This document shows positions 36,209 through 44,889 of a stretch of 64,000 nt of DNA, piece after piece. The position numbers and the translations under genes are program-made. The stretch is from Anaeromyxobacter sp. Lineage in GTDB: Bacteria > Myxococcota > Myxococcia > Myxococcales > Anaeromyxobacteraceae. The DNA lies in contig JASGJN010000022.1 in the NCBI GenBank assembly GCA_049840735.1, positions 576,001 through 640,000 of the forward strand. The letters are read 5' to 3'. How positions within the stretch are numbered: position 1 is the stretch's first letter; every line of letters starts with the position of its first letter. A model generated the notes under the pieces. That model did not search any database and was not told the origin of the DNA. It was given only the letters and a program-made list of their open reading frames with translations.

Positions 36209-37540
36209 ATGCCAACGACCCCGAGATCATACGAGAGGCGATCCGTGAGGGAAAGGGCTGTGAGGAGGGTGGCGGGGCTGCTGCGCGCCCGGCTGCCGGA
36301 GCTGGACCTAGACAGGGTTTACGACCCCCGGGCACGGGAGGGCCGGTGGGCGCTGTCGCAGATCCTCCGGGCCACGCTGCTGGGGCTGATGGCGGGATGC
36401 CGCAGCCTCTGGGACGCGGAGCGGCTCACCGACAACCTGGCTCCGGCGATGCGTCGCCGCCTGGGGCTGCCGCGGCGGCTGGCGGACACGACGGCGCGGG
36501 ACGCGCTCTGCCGCGTGCCGCTCGAGTCGCTGCGGGCGGCGCTGCACCGCGCGGTCCGGGCGGCGTGGCGCCGGAAGGCGCTCGCGCCTGTGGGGCTGCC
36601 ATTCGGCGTCGTGGCGTTGGACGGCAAGGTGACGATGCTGCCGGTCCTCAACCACCCGCTGGTGCAGAACCACATCGAAGGGCAGGCGGTCCCGTTCGGC
36701 CTGGTGCGGACGGTGACCTGCGCGCTGGTCTCGGCGGCGGGGCGGCCCTGCATCGACGCCATCCCGATCCCCGCCCAGGCGAACGAGGTGGGCTTCTTCC
36801 AGCAGGCGTTCGAGCGCCTGACCGCTGTGCACGGTGGCCTCTTCCGCGTGGTGACCTACGACGCCGGCGCGCTCTCCGAGGCCAACGCCAGCGCCGTGGT
36901 GGCCGCGGGCAAGGACTACCTGTTCACGCTCAAGGGCGAGCAGCGGACCATGTTCAAGCTGGCGAGCGAGCTCCTGGGCGCGCAGGAGATGGCGGCCCAG
37001 ACGCTGGACGTGCTCGACAACGCCACCACCGTCACCCGCAGCCTGACGCTGCTGGGCGTCGATCCGAGCTGGAGCTACAGCGGCAGCAAGACGCCGGAGG
37101 AGTCGGTCTGGGGGCACGCCGGGACTTTCCTGCGGGTGGAATACGTCAAGCGGCGCGGCGGGGAGGTCGTCGAGCAGGACGCCCGCCTCTTCGTGAGCAG
37201 CCTGCAGCCGGGCAGGCTCACGCCAGCCCAGTGGATGCTCCTCGTCCGCCGCCACTGGGGCGTGGAGAACCAGAACCACTACACCCTCGACACCGCCTTC
37301 GCCGAGGACGACCGGCCCTGGATCGAGGCCGACCCCCAGGGCATGCTGGCGGTGCTGCTGCTCCGGCGGATCGCGTACACGCTGCTGGCCCTCTACCGCG
37401 CAGTCACGCTCCGGTCGGACGAGGGCCGGGCCACCCGCTGGCGAGATCTGCTGGCGACGGTGCGCGACGTCCTCGTCGCCGCCACCGAGGAGCAGCTCGC
37501 GGGTCTCCGCCCGCACCCCGTCGCCGTCGCGACACGCTGA
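36209..37540 (+). CDS. ISAs1-family DDE transposase
   Basis: VALDGK, VVTYDAG, DYLFTLKGEQ and VRRHWGVENQNHYTLDTAFAED. Confidence 0.92.
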   Translation: MPTTPRSYERRSVRERAVRRVAGLLRARLPELDLDRVYDPRAREGRWALSQILRATLLGLMAGCRSLWDAERLTDNLAPAMRRRLGLPRRLADTTARDALCRVPLESLRAALHRAVRAAWRRKALAPVGLPFGVVALDGKVTMLPVLNHPLVQNHIEGQAVPFGLVRTVTCALVSAAGRPCIDAIPIPAQANEVGFFQQAFERLTAVHGGLFRVVTYDAGALSEANASAVVAAGKDYLFTLKGEQRTMFKLASELLGAQEMAAQTLDVLDNATTVTRSLTLLGVDPSWSYSGSKTPEESVWGHAGTFLRVEYVKRRGGEVVEQDARLFVSSLQPGRLTPAQWMLLVRRHWGVENQNHYTLDTAFAEDDRPWIEADPQGMLAVLLLRRIAYTLLALYRAVTLRSDEGRATRWRDLLATVRDVLVAATEEQLAGLRPHPVAVATR

Positions 37541-37739
37541 AACGCCGGGCTCCTACCCGCGGCGGCGACATCGAAGGGACCTGAGGTGAGCGGCCGCCGC
37601 GACCGGCGCCGGCCTGCCGTGGCCGCCGTACGCCTCGACGTCCAGCCCCGCAACCTCCCGCGACCCCGGCGGGAACGCCCGAAGTCCGCGCCCCGCCTGG
37701 CCGATCGGTCCTGCAAGCGGGTCGTGGCGTGCGCGGGGC

Positions 37740-37761
37740 TGTCCGAGCCTGGCGGTAGGCT
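37740..37761 (+). promoter_or_regulatory. TGTCCG-N10-TAGGCT promoter upstream of rmuC (PafBC-type)
   Basis: Read directly from sequence; 20 nt to the ATG with a GGAGG RBS. Confidence 0.6.
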
Positions 37762-37781
37762 CTCCAGGCACGGAGGGCGTC

Positions 37782-39110
37782 ATGGACCTGGGGCTGGTGG
37801 TGGGGGTGCTGGCCGCGCTGGCGGCCGGGGTGGGCGCGGGGCTCTTCGCGGCGCGGCAGGGGGCGCGGGCGCGCGAGGCGCACGCGGCGGACCTGTCGGC
37901 GCGGCTCTCCGCGGCCGAGGCGCGCGGGGCGGAGGCGCAGGGGCAGGTGGTGGCGCTGACCGGCGAGCTGGCCGCCGCGAAGGCGGCGCTCGGCGCCGAG
38001 CGGCAGGGGGCGCAGGCGCGGGCCGCCGAGGCCGAGCGCGCGCGGGAGCAGGTGCGCGCGGAGATCCAGCTGCTGGCGGCGCGGCTGCTGGATGAGAAGG
38101 GGCGGGCGCTGCTCGACCGGAACCACGAGGCCCTGCAGCAGCTCCTGGCGCCGGTGGCCGAGAAGCTGCGCGCCTTCGAGGCCAAGGTGGAGAAGGCCTA
38201 CGACCAGGAGAACCGCGACCGGGCCAGCCTGCTGCAGTCGCTGGCGCAGCTGCGCGAGACGCAGGGCAAGCTCCACGCCGACGCCGAGGGGCTGGCGCGC
38301 GCGCTCACCGGGGACTCCAAGGCCCAGGGCGACTGGGGCGAGCTGGTGCTGGAGCGGGTGCTGGAGATCGCCGGCCTGACCGAGGGGCGCGAGTTCGACC
38401 TCCAGGTCAGCCACGACGACGAGGCCGGCGGGCGCAAGCGGCCGGACGCGCTGGTCTACCTCCCCGGGAGACCGCGCCGTGGTGGTGGACGCCAAGTGCT
38501 CGCTCACCGCCTTCGTGGAGAGCGTGCGCGCCGCCGACGCCGAGGCGCGTGAGGCCGCGCTGGACCGGCACGTCGCCTCGCTGCGCGCCCACGTGAAGGG
38601 GCTGGCGGGCAAGCGGTACCCGGAGGTGCTCCGCCACCGCACGCTGGACGTGGTGATGCTGTTCGTGCCCAGCGAGCCGGCCTTCCAGGCTGCGCTGGCG
38701 CGCGACGCCGCGCTCTACGAGGACGCCATCGGGCTCGGCGTGGTGATGGTGAGCCCCACCACGCTGCTGGCCGCGCTGCAGGTGGTCCGCCACGTCTGGC
38801 GGACCGAGCAGCAGGGCCAGAACGCGCGGCGCATCGCCGAGGAGGCCGGCAAGCTGCTGGAGAAGCTGGGCGCCTTCCTGGCCGACCTGGACGGCGTGGG
38901 CACGCGGCTCTCGCAGGCGCAGGAGAGCTTCGCCGCCGCGCGCAGCAAGCTCGTCACCGGCCGCGGCAACGTGCTCAAGAAGGCCGCCGACCTGGCGCGG
39001 CTGGGGGCGCCGGTGAAAGGGGAGAAGGCGCTGGCGCTGGTGCAGGAGGCGGGGGAGGGCGAGGACGGGCTGGCGGGGCTGCCGGGCAGCGGAGGTGGGC
39101 CGCAGGCGTG
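37782..39110 (+). CDS. rmuC: DNA recombination protein RmuC, frameshift near 38468
   Basis: N-terminal TM segment and coiled coil; KAQGDWGELVLERVLE and RPDALVYLP, then VVDAKCSL...VMLFVPSE...VSPTTLLAAL in a shifted frame. Confidence 0.92.
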
Positions 39111-39132
39111 ACAGCGGCGCTCATCGGCTGGG

Positions 39133-39237
39133 CTTCGACTCCGCGAGCCCTGCGGGCTCGCTACGCTCAGCCCGAACGGTGCCGGATGGACCGTTCGCCC
39201 TGAGCGTAGCCGCGGCACGGCCGCGGCGGAGTCGAAG
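39133..39237. repeat. REP-like composite palindrome (two inverted units, each with an internal hairpin)
   Basis: CTTCGACTCCGC[hairpin]GCTACGCTCAG..CGAACGGT and its inverse ACCGTTCG..CTGAGCGTAGC[hairpin]GCGGAGTCGAAG. Confidence 0.8.
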
Positions 39238-39309
39238 GGCGCCGCCGGACCGCCTTGGGCGCTTGCGGCTCATGAGCCCTGACCAGGCGAGCTCGGCTAC
39301 ACTCACGTC

Positions 39310-39948
39310 ATGGAGCAGCTCCTCTCCGCGCTGCAGGCGCCCGTCCTCGGCCCCATCTCCTGGGCCGAGCTCATCGGCGACGCGACCGGCCTGGCCTGCG
39401 TCTGGCTGGTGCTGCGCCAGCACGTCTGGAACTGGCCGGTGGGGCTGGCCAACAACGCCTTCTTCTTCCTGATCTTCTGGTGGTCGCGGCTCTACGCCGA
39501 CGCCGTGCTGCAGCTCGTCTTCGCGGTCATCGCCGTCTACGGCTGGTGGAGCTGGGTGCGCGGAAGCGGGCCCGGGCAGGCGGCGCTCCCGGTGCGGCGC
39601 ACGCGGCCGGTGGAGTGGGCCTGGCTGGGGACGGGCGTGGTGGTCTCCACCGCCGCCGTGGCGGCCTGGCTGGCGCACCGGACCACCTCCCCGGTCCCGC
39701 TGGCGGACGCCAGCATCCTCACGCTCAGCCTGGCCGCCACCTACGGCCAGGCGCGCAAGCTGCTGGAGTCCTGGTGGCTGTGGATCGCGGTGGACGTGAT
39801 CAGCGTCCCGCTCTACGTGCAGCGCGGGCTCTACCCCACCTCCGCGGTCTACTTCGTGTTCCTCCTGCTCTGCGTGGGCGGGCTGCGCGCCTGGCTGCGC
39901 GACCTCCCGCCGTCGGCGCCGTCCGCGCCCGAGGGAGCGCCCGCGTGA
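39310..39948 (+). CDS. pnuC: Nicotinamide riboside transporter PnuC
   Basis: Multi-TM; VWNWPVG, LYADAVLQ, YGWWSW and ARKLLESWWLWIAVDVISVPLY. Confidence 0.93.
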   Translation: MEQLLSALQAPVLGPISWAELIGDATGLACVWLVLRQHVWNWPVGLANNAFFFLIFWWSRLYADAVLQLVFAVIAVYGWWSWVRGSGPGQAALPVRRTRPVEWAWLGTGVVVSTAAVAAWLAHRTTSPVPLADASILTLSLAATYGQARKLLESWWLWIAVDVISVPLYVQRGLYPTSAVYFVFLLLCVGGLRAWLRDLPPSAPSAPEGAPA

Positions 39949-41042
39949 CGCCGCGCCACGGCCTGGTGATCGGCAAGTTCTACCCGCCGCACGCCGGCCA
40001 CCACCTGCTGGTCCGCACCGCCGCCGCCTGCTGCGAGCGGGTGACGGTGGTGGTGATGGCCGCCACGGCGGAGTCCATCCCGCTGGCGCTGCGGGTGGAG
40101 TGGCTCCGCGAGGTGCACCGCGACGCGCCGCACGTCGCGGTGGTGGGGACGATGGACGACCACCCCGTCGATCTGGAGAGCGACGCCGTCTGGCGGGCCC
40201 ACGTCGGCCTGATGCAGGCGGCCGCGGCCCAGGTCACGCCGGCCCCGGTGGACGCGGTCTTCACGTCGGAGGGGTACGGGGACGAGCTGGCGCGCCGGCT
40301 CGGGGCGAGGCACGTGCAGGTGGACGCCGACCGCCGGCTGGCGCCGATCTCCGCCACCCGCGTGCGCGCCGACCCGGTCTCGGCCTGGCCCTTCCTGGCC
40401 GAGCCGGTGCGCGGCTGGTTCGCGCGCCGGCTGGTGGTGGTGGGCGCCGAGTCCACCGGCAAGACCACCTTCGCCGAGGCGCTCTGCGAGGCGCTGCGGG
40501 CGCGCGGCGGGCCGCACGGGCTGACGCGCTGGGTGCCGGAGTACGGGCGGGAGCTGACCGTGGAGCTGCTGGCGCGGGAGCGGGCCCGGGCCCAGCTGGC
40601 CGGACGTCCGCGGCCGCGGCTGGAGGACCTGCCCTGGGCCACGCCGGACTTCCTGCGGGTGGCGGAGGAGCAGAGCCGGCGCGAGGCGCGCGAGGCCTGC
40701 CGCGGCGGGCCGGTGCTGGTCTGCGACACCGACGCCTTCGCCACCGGCCTCTGGCACGAGCGCTACGTGGGCGCGCGCTCGCCGGAGGTGGACGGGCTGG
40801 CGCGCCGGGGGGACCTCTACCTGCTCACCGACCCCGCCGACGTGCCCTTCGAGGACGACGGGCTGCGCGACGGGCAGCACCTGCGCGACTGGATGACCGC
40901 CGCCTTCGTCGAGCGGCTCGAGGCCACCGGCCGGCGCTGGCGCTGGCTGCGCGGCGGGCGGGCGGAGCGCGTCGCGGCCGGGCTCGCGGCGGTGGACGGG
41001 CTGCTGGCGGCAGGGTGGGCGCTGGCGAAGCCGCTGGGGTGA
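39945..41042 (+). CDS. nadR: NadR-type NMN adenylyltransferase / ribosylnicotinamide kinase (no HTH)
   Basis: GKFYPPHAGH (HxGH), ISATRVR, GAESTGKTT, VPEYGRE, VCDTD and VPFEDDGLRDG; GTGA coupled to pnuC. Confidence 0.9.
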   Translation: MTPRHGLVIGKFYPPHAGHHLLVRTAAACCERVTVVVMAATAESIPLALRVEWLREVHRDAPHVAVVGTMDDHPVDLESDAVWRAHVGLMQAAAAQVTPAPVDAVFTSEGYGDELARRLGARHVQVDADRRLAPISATRVRADPVSAWPFLAEPVRGWFARRLVVVGAESTGKTTFAEALCEALRARGGPHGLTRWVPEYGRELTVELLARERARAQLAGRPRPRLEDLPWATPDFLRVAEEQSRREAREACRGGPVLVCDTDAFATGLWHERYVGARSPEVDGLARRGDLYLLTDPADVPFEDDGLRDGQHLRDWMTAAFVERLEATGRRWRWLRGGRAERVAAGLAAVDGLLAAGWALAKPLG

Positions 41043-41142
41043 GGCGGTCGAAGGACTCCCGCGGTCCTCCCGAGAGCCGCGCAGTCCGCCTCGCCAATCT
41101 GCTCGAGCTCCGCCGTCGACCTGCGCCAGACCGTGGCCGGCC

Positions 41143-41592
41143 TCAGGAGTCCAGCTGCTCCGGCGGGCGGCAGGCGGCGAAGAAGTCGTCGGCGGCCGAG
41201 CGCAGCGCCGAGAGCGACCGCTCCAGGAGCGCGCCGCTGACCGGCTGGCCGCAGAGGAAGGTCTCCACCAGGAAGCGGACGCTGGCGGACTCGAGGTCGA
41301 GGACCGTCTTCACCCCTTTCATGCGGTCGTTGAGGTCGTTCACCAGCCGGTGCAGCGCCTCGGCGTCGTACCGCCCCTGCTCGAGGTCGAAGGCGGCCGC
41401 CAGGCGGAAGTACTCCGGGTCATCCTCGTGGGCGAAGAGGATGAGCTGGACGCCTTCGAGCTTGAAGGTGATGGGCGTGAGGTCGCCCTCGCTCGGCCCG
41501 GAGTGGGGCCGGAAGCCCTCCTCGGAGAGGAAGTCGACCAACGCGTCACGGACCGTACGGGGCACCGCGGTGTCGGAGGGCGCGTCGTCCAT
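41143..41592 (-). CDS. YbjN/type III chaperone-like protein
   Basis: DFLSEEGFRP...ITFKLEG...FRL...VNDLNDRMKGVK pattern. Start placed at 41592 because the ATG at 41604 lies inside the -10 box. Confidence 0.65.
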   Translation of the reverse strand: MDDAPSDTAVPRTVRDALVDFLSEEGFRPHSGPSEGDLTPITFKLEGVQLILFAHEDDPEYFRLAAAFDLEQGRYDAEALHRLVNDLNDRMKGVKTVLDLESASVRFLVETFLCGQPVSGALLERSLSALRSAADDFFAACRPPEQLDS

Positions 41593-41599
41593 GGGGAGG

Positions 41600-41620
41600 A
41601 TCATACCCGCCGGTCGGACA
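41600..41620 (-). promoter_or_regulatory. TGTCCG-N9-TATGAT promoter, probably leaderless
   Basis: Minus strand CATGTCCGACCGGCGGGTATGAT, then 7 nt to the ATG. Confidence 0.6.
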
Positions 41621-41641
41621 TGCCGCCCGCGACCTGCCGTC

Positions 41642-44600
41642 TCACGTTCCCAGGACGACCTCCGCCACCTCGCCCCGGACCGGCAGGTGGATGAAGGTGC
41701 CGCGCAGCGGCTTGCCCAGCGCCTGGGCCAGCACCCGCGCGTACCAGGCCAGCTGCGGCGCGTACTCCTCCACCAGCCGCCGGTCGCGCTCCTCCGGCCC
41801 CCCCGGGAAGGACTTGTGGTCCACCAGCACGAAGCCGTCGGTCAGCTCCAGCACCAGGTCGGCCTCGCCCACCAGCAGCCGCGGCGGCTCGCCGACGAGC
41901 CGGGCCCGCAGCGGCCACTCGCGGTGCCAGGTAGCCCCCGGGAAGCGCGCCTCGGCCCAGCGCCGCAGCGCGTCGGCCGCGCCCAGCAGCGCCTCCGGCG
42001 GGAGCGCCCCGGTCACGTCGAAGCCAGCCAGCAGCCGCTCCGCCATGGCGCGGCGCTGCGCCGGCGGGCCGCCGTCGTCGGCCGCCAGGAAGGCGTGGAG
42101 GGCGTCGCCCACCGCGCGCATGTCCGAGGCGGCCGCCAGCGGAGCCCGTCCGGCCAGCGGCGTCACCGAGGCCACGCGGGCCGAGACCGGCAACGGCTCG
42201 GCGGACGGGTTCACGATCTCCCGCGGGCGGGGCGCGGCTGGCGAGGCGGCATACCAGGGCGCCGCCGCTTCCGGCGCCCCCGGTCCCTCCGGCGCGATGG
42301 CCTCGAGCGTGCCCACGGTGCAGCCCCAGCGCCGCTCGCCCAGCCGCACCTCGTCCAGCCCGGCCCTGGCATCGAACGGGAAGCGCGGCTTCAGCGCCGC
42401 GAGCTCCAGGAGCGGCGCCAGCGCGGCCACCCGGGGCCCTTCCTTCTTCCGCTCCACCACCATCCCGAGCAGGTCGCGGGCGCGGGTGAAGATGACGTAG
42501 AGGAGTCGCAGCCGCTCGCGGGCGTCGCGGGCGGTCGCGTCGAGCCCCTCCGGCGACTGGGCCGCCAGGTCGGCCAGCGCCGCGTCCTTGGAGACCTTGC
42601 CGTAGGGCCAGGGCCAGTAGCGGACCCAGCGGCCGGCCAGTGGCGCCTCGAAGCGGAAGCCCGCGGCCGGCACGGTGGTGACCTGGAACGCCGACTGGTC
42701 GCGCTCGTGGTCGAGCTCGGCCAGGATCACCACCGGCCACTCGAGCCCCTTGGAGCGGTGCCAGGTGCTGACCGTCACCGCGTCGTCGGCGCTGGGCATG
42801 GCCTGGCGGTCGGCCTCCGGGTCCTCGCCCAGCACACCCAGGTGCGCCACCAGCCCGAGCACGGTGGAGGCCACCCGGCGGGACCGGCACTGGTCCTCGT
42901 AGGCCCGCGCCACGGCGCGGAGCGCCTCGAGGTTGGCCAGCGCCTGGCCCGGATCCGGCCAGCCGCGCACCACCTCGCCCAGCCGCCCGGCCCGCAGCGC
43001 CAGGTCGAAGGCCTCCGACGGCGAGAGCGCGCCGGCCTGCCCCGCCGCCTCGCGCAGCGCGTTCACCCGCGGCTCTTCGGCGAACGGGAGCGGCCGCTCC
43101 GGCGCGACCTCGCCCCGGGCCTCGGCCTCGCCGCGCGCGGTCTTCCAGGCCCGGGTGGTCTCGAGCAGCCCGGAGAGCCAGCCGTCGGGGTCGGCCGCGG
43201 CCGGGCCGGAGAGCCAGCTCACCTCCAGCGCCGCCACCCCGTCGCGCGGGTCGGCCATGAGCGCCACCGCCGCGCGGGCCAGCCGCCCCTCCGGCGTGGT
43301 GGAGAGCCCGCTGGCCGCCACCCGCGCGGCGATGCCGCGGGCGCGCAGCGCGGTGGCGATGGCGGAGCAGCGGTCGTTCCGGTAGGCGAGCACCGCCACG
43401 TCGCGCCGGGTGACCGGCCGGAGCCGCTCGCCGCCGTCCGCCAGCCGCTCCCTCACCCGTAGCTCCGGCCGGCGGGCCAGCAGCGCCTCCACCGCCTCCG
43501 CCATCGCCTGCGCCTCGGAGCGAGGCGGCTCGCCCTCCTTGGCCCGTCCGCCGGTCCAGCTCCAGAGCGCGAAGGGTGGCTGCGCGGCCAGCGCCGCCGG
43601 CTCCTCCGGCCGCTCCGGCTGGAGCACCACCTGGTCGCGCGGGATGGCCTGCCCCGCGAAGGCGCCGGCGAACAGCTCGGAGGTGAACTCGACCAGCTGG
43701 GCCCGGGACCGGTAGGAGGTGGCCAGGATCTCCGGCGAGCCGCCGCCCAGCACCGTATCGAGGGCGGCCGTCATCAGCTCCGGGTCGGAGCCCTGGAAGC
43801 CGAAGATGGCCTGCTTGCGGTCCCCCACCCAGATGCTGCGCCGGGCCAGCCCGCCCAGCGCGGTGACCACCGCCAGCTGCAGCGGGAGGTGTCCTGCACC
43901 TCGTCCACCAGCACCAGGTCGAGCCGGTCGCGCAGCACCGCCTGCACGGCCGGGAGGCCCAGCACGCGGTGCCCGTGGGCCAGCATGTCGGCGAAGTCGA
44001 CCACGCGCGCCAGCGCCTTCTCGCGCACGAACGCGTCCAGCGCCTCCGCCGCCAGCTCGAACAGCTCGGCCTGGAAGCCCAGCAGGTCCTCCTGGAAGCC
44101 GCGGCAGGCGAGGTGGCGCGCCACCCACTCGCGGAAGGGCCCTGCCCCGGCCGCCAGCTTCTTCGCGCCCACCTCGCTGGCCAGCTTGAGCTGGGCCCGC
44201 CAGACCGGGAACCTGCCCGCCTCGAGCGCCGCCTTCATGCGCTGCGCGGTGCCGAGCCGATCGCGGGCGGCGCCGCCGGACGGTGCGTCCTCCTCCAGCC
44301 TGGGGATCATCCCGGCCAGCGTCTCCCGCAGGCCGGCCAGGTAGGCGGCGCGGTCCAGCGTGGGCGGGCCCAGCAGGCGCGCCAGCCCCTCGCGGCTCCG
44401 CTCCGCCGAGGCGCGCAGATCCTCCGCGCCCAGGCCGTTGGAGCGTGCGGCGTCGATGACCTGTCCCAGCGGCTCGCCCCAGTCCTCGATGTCCAGCCGC
44501 TCCGAGAGCGCGTTGAGCTTCCCCTCGCGCCCGCGCAGCACCTCCGCCCGGGCCCGCGCCAGGATCACCCGGCGCTCGGTCTCCGGCACCGGCTCCAGCC

Positions 44601-44889
44601 AGGGCGAGAGCCCTGACTCGAGCGCGAACTCGCGCAGCAGCCGCTGGCAGACCGCGTGGATGGTCCCGATGTAGCCGTCGCGCACGCGCGCGGCCAGGTC
44701 GGCCTTTCCGGCCTCCAGGAGCCGCCGCCGGATCCGGCTCTCCAGCTCGCGCGCCGCCTTGACCGTGTAGGTGATGGCGACCACGCCCTCCGGCCGCGCG
44801 CGCCCGGCCTCCAGCTCCTCGAAGAGCCGCTTCGCGAGCGTGAAGGTCTTGCCGGTGCCGGCCGAGGCGCTGATGATCTCGAGGTTCAC
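41642..44889 (-). CDS. addA: AddA/RecB-like UvrD helicase with C-terminal PD-(D/E)xK nuclease, frameshift near 43885
   Basis: ASAGTGKT, VAITYTVKAAREL, GTIHAVC, VLVDEVQDTS, WVGDRKQAIFGFQG, STWHRSKGLEW, LLYVIFTRARD and ADLVL...LVDHKS. Confidence 0.88.

Larger units (their letters stand above)
36130..37583 (+). mobile_element. ISAs1-family insertion sequence (outer ends tentative)
   Basis: Transposase flanked by a perfect 17-bp IR CGGGTAGGAGCCCGGCG (36191-36207 and 37543-37559). Possible outer CAGG...CCTG ends. No target duplication seen. Confidence 0.75.

Noticed and set aside
38460..38480. Programmed ribosomal frameshift in rmuC or other split genes
   Set aside because: No slippery heptamer was recognised, and the many similar indels point to sequence error.
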